NCBI GenBank assembly: GCA_037379345.1 | Contig: CM074515.1 | Location: forward strand, 2,108,001-2,172,000 | DNA length: 64,000 bases | DNA from: Perna viridis | Lineage: Eukaryota | Direction of reading: 5' to 3' | In this document: positions 29,001 to 41,000 of the stretch, in pieces | Numbering within the stretch: position 1 is the first letter of the stretch | How the letters are laid out: every line of letters begins with the position of its first letter | The notes under the pieces: generated by a model | Told to the model about the DNA's origin: nothing | Seen by the model: the letters and a program-made list of their open reading frames with translations, nothing else | The model's database searches: none | Translations under genes and position numbers: made by a program

Positions 29001-32000
29001 TGCTGCAAGTTTAAGTTTTAGTACGAAAACAGAAAATCACCCCAATTTTACATGAATAAAGTCCTATAATTCCAACATTAAGTACAATTCTTTTAGAAAT
29101 GAGACTTCTTGAAAAATTTTAGGTTGTTAAAATACATCACCAATATTCTTCATTTGAATGATTTTAAGTTCACCTGTACTTTAAGTGCTAATAAGTATAA
29201 ATTCACAGTCAAATAGCAAATCTACCATGTGTAACTAACAAAAGGGTACAACCCCTTCTTAAATACACACAGATATACTTCAAATATTTTTCTATAAAAT
29301 TTCGAAACCAAGGTTTGATACTAACTTAAGATTTTTTTTTTTTTTTCAATCATCATGACTTTCAATATAAGATACCCGGTACACAACAGTATTATCGGTA
29401 TAAATGACACCATAGTTATTGTTTACAAATATTCTTTATTTCAATCATCATCACTTGCAATATAAGATACCTGGTACACAACAGTATTATCAGGATATAT
29501 GATGCCATAGCTCTTTTTTTTTAATTTCTAATCCAAAGTTTTCATTGCTTAACCTTACATGGTTTGTTATAAAAGATTCTCTGTTTCACAATATTTCTAC
29601 ACTAAAAAGTATATGTAGAAAACACCATTAAATACACAAATACCATTGACTTAAATAATGTTATAACATTAGAAATACTGTGAGCAAGCTAACAAAGATA
29701 ATGCACCTATTTCAAATTATCCTTATCGCAATTATCTTCCTTTAGTAATGTAGATATATCTATATATGACATCTAACCTTCATAGGAAATGTCATTCAAA
29801 TCCTTTGAGCTCTTTAGAAAGAGTTGTGTTTACAAGGTTTTAACTTTTAAAACCTTTAAATTGGGATAATATCCCTTTGGAGTAATATTACTTTATGGAC
29901 ATAAAATGTCCAAAACAAATAAAAAAATATAATATCATCAACACAAGAAATTGTAACATTACACTTACATGGAGCCTGTGGTTCTGGTTTCTTATCACAG
30001 TTGACTTTTTCAAACTGGTTACATCTTTTTATACTATCATCAAACAGATCAGGGTATTGACACTCCTTCCTGTAGTTGCCTGGCAACTGTCCTGTTGCCC
30101 TAGTAACTGTAGAGGTTGTAGGATCAGAACAGTTGAAATAATGAGCACAATTATCTGGGTCAGGTAGGACATCACTAGGATGGGCTTGACAATAATCTGG
30201 TACATCAACTACAATCACAGTTAAAAAAGGTATTGGTTTACAGTAATTTTCATTTGTGATTGACATAAAACAACTTGCCAGCTCTGAAATAAATGACATA
30301 TTAAAACTTAACAAACCTTGAACATATAGTATATACATGTAACACAGCTTAATCTATCTTAAACTTGAATAAACCAGAAAACTGTACAAAGAAACCACCT
30401 CCATCAGTTTAAAGGTTTATTGACTTGTGTAAATGGACCAGAAAACTGTACAAAGAAACCACCTTTATCAGTTTAAAGGTTTATTGAATTGTGTAAATGG
30501 ACCACATGTCATAAGTGAAAAAATTCTACAGTCTGAGGTGGTTGTGACTCAGTGATTTGGACAGGCTCTCCTCTGTTTTCTTTAATCATTTACAGTTCCA
30601 ATTTAAAAGGAACAAGTATTATGATTCTAGGTTTGCTATGTTCTTAAATATACATTTATATCATATATTCATATTAAAATATAACTTTTTTGTATAGGCA
30701 TTGTAAGTGTTTGCTTCAACTCTTTATTGTATACCATATATCACACCTCTTCACATAACATACATGGAGTATGGTTAATATATATGATATAATGAACATG
30801 ACATGGTAAAATCTGTATCACATGTGGTATCAACCCTCGACCTATACCACCCAGTGGGCCAGTGACCTTTGGGGTGGAATAGGACTCTCAGGTTGATACA
30901 GATTTTGACAAGTAATATTCAGTATATAGCAAATGAAAAGAAACTGTCATAATTTGGAGGTTATCTGTAATTTTAATGTGAAATGATATTTCTTAGTCAA
31001 ATGACATTAAGTCACTTTACCTTTGGGAACATCACCCAGACATTTTTGAGTCAATGACAACACGTTACTTTAAGTACCTTTTGGAACATTATCCTGACAT
31101 TTCTGAGTCAAATGACATCAGGTTACTTTAATTACCTTTTGGAACATCATCCTGACATTTCTGAGCCAAATGACATCAGGTTACTTTACGAATGGTAACA
31201 TCATCCTAACATTTCTAAGTAAAATGACATCAGGTTACTTTAATTACCTTTCCGAACATCATCCTAACATTTCTCAGTAAAATGACATCAGGTTACTTTA
31301 ATTACCTTTCGGAACATCATCCTGACATTTCTGAGTTCTTGGATTGAAGTATCCATGGCTACAATGTGTGATATTCAATGTCCTGTTTTTATAGCAAGTG
31401 ATGAAATCTGACATCCACAATTTGTTTGGAAATGGATTGTTACCATCTGGATGTCCAACACAGGAAGGCAGCCTTTTAGGACAGGTGAGACAAGTAGGAT
31501 CTGAACTGTTACATGCATACTTGTTCTGTAAATATTCACCTGGAACATAAAGAACACACTACAGCATAAATCTGTAATCATTCACTTAAACTTAAGTAAA
31601 CATATAATACTATATATATAGTCAGCAAGTATAAATCATCTTAATACCATTCCATCAAAAAGTGGGTGGTAAAACATCAAGTTAATTTTGGCTTTGAGTT
31701 CCAGCTGAACTTTGACACAAATCTCTAGTAATTAGAGTTAGACTCTATATCATACATCATATGAATTACTTATCCCAGCATACCAACTTTGTGTCAACAG
31801 ACCGGATTGGTCATGAGAATTTGCTTCACAACAAAGTAACATTAATACAAGTTGATTAAGTAATATTATAATGTTGAGTGATGTTTCAAAATCCAACATT
31901 CTTTTTTAGATTGTGAAAATGTATCATATAGATAATAGCTTACTTATCTGATTATGAGTTAAAAACTTCAGAATATTTAAAAAAAATATATATAAAAGTT

Positions 32001-35000
32001 TTAATGTAACCATAAAATTTTAGTTAAGTAATGTAAATCAATTTGAATCATGCTTGATATGAAATATAATTACATGGTGGATTAAATTTTGACAAGGATT
32101 TGTTCCGGTTCAAATGAATAGCATAACCAACCATTAGTTTGCCCAGCCATTTCACCCTAGGTATGAATTATTTCATAATAATTTCTAAGTTCAAGTCAAA
32201 ATTTAACTCCAAGCAAGACTCAAACTGGTAGATAAACTAATAAAAATAACTCAGAAAATAACTGGAAATTCTACTTCAATGCAATTCAACTAAATCTACA
32301 ACAACAAATCTGATTTGAACTCAAAAGTTAATTCACTGTTGCACAACACTTCATCTATAGTGAGTGTTAAACCAGCTGAGCTCCTTTATACCTACACTGA
32401 CTACATGGCTAATGTCAGATTATAGAAATCTAAACTAAAGACTTATAAAAGGTAGACTTACAAGGGGCCTCTGGTTCATGTTTAGACTTGTTACATTTGA
32501 CTTGTTCAAAGTATTTACATGTCAGTGTGGTTACATCAAATAGATCTGGGTACTGACATTCCATCAGATGGTGGCCATATTTAGATGATGCTGAACAGTT
32601 GTAGTACTGACCACATGTATCGGGGTGTGGTACAATGGCCGTTGGGTTGGCTTGGCAAAATGCATCAATGTTTCCTATAAAAGAACATAGCATTGATTAA
32701 CAGTGGATGTCATACATCATGGGAACTTATATTATGACCATGTTTCATCACAAAGTAGCACAACTGCCATTTGATAAAGTAATTTTATAATGTTGACTAT
32801 ATTACTGTAAATGAATTAGCTTTCGTGGATTCTGTAAAGGAACATATTTAAAGGATACCAATTTTTGCAGTTTAAAAAAATAATTATACAGTGTTAATAA
32901 TCAATTCCATGTGTACTGTTCTTTTGTAATTCTTCCCACCACAAAAATAACAAAAATTAGAAACCCCAAATAATTTGTTTACAGTATGCAGGTATTGGTT
33001 CCATTCTCCAATTTCTGACCAATTTCTGAGTTAAAGACCTGATTCATTAGAATATTTCAATAATCAGTCCTCAAGTAGCTATGTCACCTGACTCAAACAT
33101 TCTGCCTCCAATCATCACTCTATCTCCTATATACTGTTTTTTAAGGCAGAGAAGCATTTACTACTAATTATGAAGTCTTTGGTGTGACTCAGTCAGGGTT
33201 CAAACCCATGATCTACCTCACTTAAGGTGAGCACATTACCATGAGTCTTAATAAAATCATAGGGTACAGATGAACAGCCAGTCTGTTTTATTATATAGAG
33301 CCTCAATACAAACACTCTATGGTACAGATATACAGACTGAAACTGTACATTAAATAGAGCAACAGTACAATCTTGCTCTGATAACAGTCCTTTATATATA
33401 GAGCCTCATTAAAAGCTTACTAGGGTACTAACATACAGACAATGACAGCCTGTTATATAGAGCTTTGTTACAACTTTTACCTTTGGGTATCTTGCTGAGA
33501 CAATGTAACTGGTTTGGATCAAACACCTGACCAGCTGGACAATGGCGGACAGCCATTGTCCGATTTTGCAGACATGTCACATACAAATCTGTCCACAAAG
33601 CAGACTGGACAGCTTCATCTCCATCAGGTAAACCACGACAGCTTGGTAAACGTTTAGGACAGAGTTCACAGGTTAGATTGCTAGGTTTACACAAGTTCTG
33701 ATCATATTCACCTGAGAATTAAGAAGAAACTATCTGGTTACTGAACTTAAATCATCAAGATCATAAGAATTAAGTTACAAAAAACTTCCTTTTTTTAATA
33801 CAAACACTATAGTGGCTATATTTCTGGTAGAGCAGGAAATGATTACCCTACCGGAGCACCTGATGTCACTCCCAGTTTTTTGTGGGAAGTGATATTGCTA
33901 GTGCTCAGTTTTTCATGTAACTCCTTGTTTTTCTTATTTTCATTTTTTATATGTAATTTTTTTTGTAGATCACCATTTTTCCCTGTTTTTTTTTTGGTTA
34001 CTACATTGTAGATCACCATTTTTCCCTGTTTTTTTTTTTTTGTTACTACATTGTAGATCACCATTTTTCCCAGTTTTCAAGTTCTGGCCATGAATTGTGA
34101 TTTTGCGGTATTTGAATTTTTTAATATTTTTTTATTTGCTAATACATATCTGGATCATGTATGAGGATTTTTTTTTCTTCTTGCATGAACTTGTTAAACT
34201 TCTTGCAGTTCTTTCATGAATTTAAAACTTCTTCCTTTAGCACAAGTTAAGCACAGTGGAGCATGTGAAGAGATATGAATCTCTTTGATTAGTGGTAAAA
34301 AAATCCAACAGTTTCCATGGGGAAGGGAGTAAGCATTTCATAGGCAAACAACTCATCATTTGGATTCCCACAACTGTCTTTGTGAAGTCACCTTCCAAAA
34401 ATCAAAAATAACCTGTTCATCTATGCCTTTGGGAATACAGAATAATGGCAATTTTGAAGCTGAGACAGAAAATATCACATTGAGCCCACTAATGTCAGAT
34501 GTGATGTTCTATTAAGATGTTTTTTTTTTAAACTGACACCATTCTGTCAGCAACATCACAGTTGTTTTGATGTAACATTGTCTCTAGAAATTGCTGATAT
34601 TTTTTTAATATCATGACAGTCCCCTGAGATAGAAAATATCAGGCAGTAAAAACAATGGAAAACAATAAAGCTGATTAACATTGTTCATGATGTACCATAT
34701 CAGGCAGTAAGATTTAAGTAAAATGCATTGAAGATGAGGTCACATGCTATAAAATTTGCAATTTCCAGAACAGACTAATTTTGGTAATATTTTTCAAAAG
34801 TATTTCTTAATTTAACATCAAAGCATTTGATGCAATTTTTTAACAGAATGTTTCTTAAAGGTCACAGCGGACAAGTAATTGGGAAGGAACCATCTGTTAA
34901 CTATCAACTTACATGGAGCCTGAGGTTCTTTTCTGGTCATACAAGATACATTCTGGAATCTTTCACACTGTCTGGTTGCTATGGAGAACAAATCTGGGTA

Positions 35001-38000
35001 GATACATTCAGATATATCAGCAGATTTTCCTGTCATATTCTGAGAACAGTTGTAGTACTTGGCACAGTTTGTAGGATCAGGAATCATAGCTGTAGGATGG
35101 GTGGAACAGTAATCTGGTACATCAACTGAAAAGGTAAGAGACACTACAGAAAAACAATCCATTCTCCATAATGCTTTGTAATCAACATAAAAACTGAGTA
35201 AACATTAAGAAAATGATTAAATAAAGTAGTTATGCTAGGAAAAAAAAAACACTACTAAAATTATTTTTTTTAATTGGTAACAACTGAATAATTGATGGAT
35301 TGATAGATGGATTGATTGTTGTTATACGCCTTATGGCATATATTCCATGCTTTCAAAGACAAATCAAACAATAAGCCAGGTCATCATTGCTAACAGAAGC
35401 AACAACTCACAGGTCCCTGAAATACCACATGCTTGGTGGAGAAGCAGTGACTACCATTTTTAAAGTCTTCTGTGTGATTCAGCCTTGGTTCTATTCCGCA
35501 ACCATCTGCACTCATCGTAGACCACACAACCTAAGATAACCAAGGTAGTTGACAGTAAATTGCATTTGAAAGGAAACTACTCCAAGTTTGTGTATGCCTC
35601 TCTTTGAAACTTCATAAAAATTCTGCTAACTAAACAGCATAAACTCTTACCTGTAGGTACATCCTTGGTACATTTGTGCAGTCTTGGATTGAAATATTCT
35701 CCCAGTGGACACTGTTTTACTTTCATAGTTCTATTTTTATAACATTCAATGTAGTCTGCCTGCCACATTTTGGTGGGAAATGGTTGTTCCCCATCAGGTT
35801 TCCCCACACAGGATGGTAGTCTGTCAGGACAATGGGCACATGTTGTGTTGCCAAAGGAACATATATTCTGTTGATATTCACCTGAAATTGCATCCCCAAT
35901 ATTTTTGTCATCAAATTAGTACCTTCAATACAGGCATAAACAGAAATTGAAGAACATGCTTTGCTGTGAGTAGCTTGATATGACCACAGAGCCGGAACCC
36001 TGAACAGTTTTGGCAAGTATTGACACACTATTCAAGCTTCATACAGCTCTTAATTTTGATTGTTATTAAATATTTGACACAAGATAAGAATTTCACCAAA
36101 AGCAAAGTGGCCCCTTTTTGGTGCTTCATCATAAATCAATCATAGCCTTCCTTCCAAGGTATGGCCTTCCTGATACAATTTCAAAAAGATCTATTCACTT
36201 AAACCAAGTTATTTTCCAAACAACAAAAAATAATTGTATATTCCCCTTTCTAGTCTCTAATTCCTAAACAGTTACAGTCACAACCCCCAATAATCAGTCA
36301 AAGCCTTCCTTTTGTGGTATTTAACCTTGTGGTATGTACGATTTAAAAGTGATCCATTCACTTCTAGTCAAATTATTGTGTGGACCTTATCAAAAGCCCA
36401 TTTGGGCCCCCATTGGAACCCTTACTCCCGCATGGTTTAGGTCACAACTAAAAAAAAATCCCAGCCTTCATTTCATGGTATGGCACCTTGTGGTACAATA
36501 ACAAAGAGATTAATTCATTTATTGAAGTTTGGACATCATGAAAATGTGTTTCTGGTGCATTATTGGCCCCTTATTCCCAAGGAGTTCATGTCCCAACCCC
36601 AAAAATCATACATTTTGTGGTATGACACCTTGTGATACAATTATAGTAAGATCCATACAATTTACAAATATACTCAAGTTATTATCTGGAAACTTAACTG
36701 TCTATGGATGCTGGATGATAACAATGTCAACAATGCAGATGACAACAGCATGATATGATTATTTGACTGCAATTTTTTTTTCATAAACAGCTGTACTTTT
36801 GGTCTACATAGAATAATCTCAACCATGTGATACTCAAATAAAGTTTGCACCACATGAATAAATTCCAATCATTCCCATGCAATTAAATTTTAAATGAAGG
36901 CAATTACAAGTAAATCAACAAATGACCATACACATGGTATGTCTATGTGGTAATAAACAAAACAACCAATCACAAACATTGTTACATCCAAAATTAAATA
37001 ATACACACCTAATACTTTTAAGTATATCTCAAGTTATGTTTATGCAGAATATACCAATACTTTAGATAAATACCATTGAATTGGGTATTACTATAACTAT
37101 ATTCCAATACATTAGATATATACCATTGAATTGGTATTACTATAACTAACAGAAATATATAACAGACTTATATAAAGTAAAACCTGGGTTGGTTAATATT
37201 ATGTAAAACTATACTGAACCTGACTTGGATGCATCATCAGACCATAGATCTAAACATACATTATATAAATGTGGGGCACAAAATTACTTACATGGAGCCT
37301 GTGGTTCTGGTTTCTTATCACAGTTGACTTTTTCAAACTTGTTACATTTTTTTATACTATCATCAAACAGATCAGGGTATTGACACTCCTTCCTGTAGTT
37401 GCCTGGCAGCTGTCCTGTTGCTCTCTTAATCATAGTGGTTGTAGGATCAGAGCAGTTAAAATAGTGAGCACAATTATCTGGGTCAGGTAGGACATCACTG
37501 GGATGGGCTTTACAATAATCTGGTAAATCAACTGAAAAAAAAAGTTCTCTCTGGTAAACTGTAACTGACAGTATGTAACTTTAGTACTGCCTACTTTCCT
37601 ACCTTTCCATGAGCTGTCTATTTAACTTAGCATCATTATTGCGGCTACAAGTGGGGTAGAATAGTAATAAGCCTGTCACACAACTTCATGAAAAATGATA
37701 AAGATTACTGTTCAAAGGCAGTTTAATGACCAGAAATAAAAACAATATACTTATTTGGTGTGAATCAGAAAAATGCTCGATACAGCCTTGTGTTTTATCT
37801 CAACAGTAAGCCTCATTCATATACAAAAAAAAATGTATTGAGTATATACACTGTTATTGTCTGAGTAGGTATTTATCTGTAAATAAATTGTCAACAAAAC
37901 TGTTCTATGTAACACCAGCTATTCTCCCAATGTGCACTTAATATCAGCAATACCTTTATCAACTGGAGTTTTACATTTCTTCTGTCTGGGATGGAAGTAT

Positions 38001-41000
38001 TGGTTTGGGGAACATTTCTGTATTTGTATTGTCCTGTTTTTATAACATGTAATGAAGTCAGCCATCCAAAGTTTAGTTGGAAAAGGTTGTTGTCCATCTG
38101 GTTTTCCAATACAGCTTGGTAATCGTTGTGGACATGGTTTACATCCTGTACATTGATGGTTCTGATTGTATTCACCTACAAATATTCTCAAAACATTGAC
38201 TACCTAGGAAAGTACTGTAATAACATCAGCATAGGTAATATAAAAATAGGAGATGTGGTATGATTGCCAATTAGACAGCTATCCACCAAAAGCCAAGCAA
38301 TGAACAATTAAAATTCTACAGGTCACCACACAGTCTTCAATGGTGGACAAAACCCAGACCATAAAGCAAGCTGTAAAAGGCCCCAAAATAAATGAAGAGA
38401 AACTATTCATAAGAGAAGAATATTGACCTAATCTAGAGGAAAAAAATAAAACAAATAACAGTGAACATAAAAAACAATGACAACCACTGGACTACAGGTT
38501 CCTGGCTTGGGACAGGCACATAAAGTATGTGGTGGGTTTTAAAATGTTTGTGAGCGCTCAACCCTCCCCTAACTTGGGACAGTGGTGGGAAAATACAATA
38601 ATAAAACAAACTATAATTTAGGTTTAACTCTTGAGATATATACAAAATACAAACACTTCAACAAATAGGACAACAGACAACAAGGTGTATCTACCTCGAT
38701 AGAGTACTCGCTTTTTCTGTAAGCTGGTTCAAGATCCAAAAGCACACCTCATTTACAGACAAAAATATCAATAAAAACGTGTCCAACAGAATTTAGTGAA
38801 ATTATATCACAAAATGTCAAAGTAAAACAAGGTCATCATGCAAATGCCAAGATAAAAAGCAATGATGTCCATATAATGTTACGTGGAATTTGTTAATCTT
38901 GAACTTTGTGAAGGAACCATTAAGTGCCACCAACCTACTAGAAAACATGTAATAGAGTCCCTTAGTAAAGAACTTATTAATTAATTGATCATACAGTTGT
39001 CTGTATGTTAACCAACTTGATTAAGTAAGCCAGAAATTATAGCAATTTATACCATGAAATCAAAACTAAGAGCCACTGCGTAATAGAAAGTGTGAGAAAA
39101 TACATCCCAATCACCAAAAAAAAACTAAAGGCCCTAGATCGCTCAACTTTGAACTTATCTCACCTTATGAATATTTGAAGCCATCTAGGAATAAAAAAAA
39201 ATATTCAAATGATTGAAATCTTTTTTCTAACTGCTACAGTTCTTAAAATATAAATCAAAAAATGCAAAAAATGCTAATTTTTTAACTTTCAAGTGTAGTT
39301 ATTCCTTACAGCAGTCTTTTCTTCTAACAACTCAACTGAATCATTTGTAGGGCTGATTATAAGGATACATTTATAATCTGAAAGTTTCTTTCAGTATTAC
39401 CTGTATGATTTTCATAATAATGGCTAAAAACTGAAAATACAATATTTCACCTAAGGTCTATATCTGTATACTTACATGGTGCCTGAGGTTCTGTTCTGTT
39501 ATCACATTGGACCCCAGTAAAGTTACTACATTTCCATGTAACTTTAGAGAACAGGTCTGGGTACTGACACTCATGGGCCTTAGTTCCATCAGAACAGTTG
39601 TAAAACTCAGCACAATTTGTAAGACTAGGGATAACAGACCTAGGATTGGCCTTACAAAAGTCTGGTACTTCCTCTGCAAAACAATGTGACTTTTTAAATA
39701 AATGATACAAAATCTAACCAAAGCACAGAAGTAACAGGAAAGTATTGTACACAATCTCAAACAAAACATATGATGAGTCAATGCCAAAATAAAGTGCCCT
39801 TTAAGACAGATCATACTTTAAAATTAAAATGAAAACAAATCCTGATATCCTAGTATATGTACATAGTTTATTTTCTGTTGCAGTCATAATAATACCATAA
39901 TGTCACAAAATAATGCTATAAAATCTCAGGAAGTTTATCAAGGATAGCCCATTGATTCAGAAGTTTATCAAGGATAGCCCATTGATTCAGAAGGGTTTAA
40001 CTGATCATCACAAAATATGATCATTGTTTTAATAGTTATACTGGGGAAATCATTTTTATTGGTACAGCCAAACAGTAAATTTTCAAAAAAAAATACTATA
40101 TTTTGTGCATAATAAGCAAAATATTGGTCCTGTTTCATTGATTTTTTAAATTATTGGTATGGTAGGAACAGTACCAACTGTACTGATTCCTTTACCCGTG
40201 AGTTGTAAGTACAAATGTAGTATGACAACCCTAGTTCTACCATTGGGTTACCTTTCAAAAATTGAGAGAAATAATAATTTATTAAAATGTAATAGCATGC
40301 TTCCATTTTAGACGAAAATTCATGAACACTAACTAAAATTGAGAATAGTGAAAAGTAGTGGGAACCTGGTAAAAATGGACCCCTGACTCTAATATTATAA
40401 TGTGCATTTAGCTAAAAAAAATCAGGTACAATACAACTGAAAGCTTTATCATAAAGATGACTAATATCTATCGATTAGCAAAATCATATATACAAAAAAA
40501 TCTTCTCAAACAAGATCATTTTTGGAAAAAGGATAATTCTTGAAAAGGTAAAAGTCTCACACAAAAATCATACAGTGATTTAACCAATTTCAGGTGCAAC
40601 CTATGTCCAGTGCAATCACAAATTTGGATTTTTTGGTAGCAAAAAACAGGAGCCTGCATGGTGAAATTGAGGACAAACCACTTTTTTCAATAATATGTTC
40701 TCATTACACACAACAAAGAAAACAATTAATTGAAAACTGAAAAAAAATCAGTAGTTTTTCGTACTTAAATTCATTTTTTCTCCAAAAAGCAGCTCATACA
40801 GAATACTTGAATTAATAATAAACTTTATGAAAGAATGTTGGGAAATCAGAATAAATGTATAAATATTTCTGTAAAAGTTATACCACTGTCATATCATGCT
40901 CAGTCATGAAAATATTCATATGTGTGATTATCCAATGTGTGTTAATATGTTGCTTTGTAATTCTTTATATTACATGCCATAACTATGGCAAGCCAAAGTG

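Noticed and set aside
27058-37490. Similar plus-strand ORFs containing TWSLWFW (27058, 29895, 37269 and others)
   Set aside because: Antisense shadows of near-identical A exons.
21475-37531. Duplicated exon block as a haplotype or assembly duplication
   Set aside because: Exon copies differ at scattered sites and intervening introns are largely unrelated, which fits a real older duplication.
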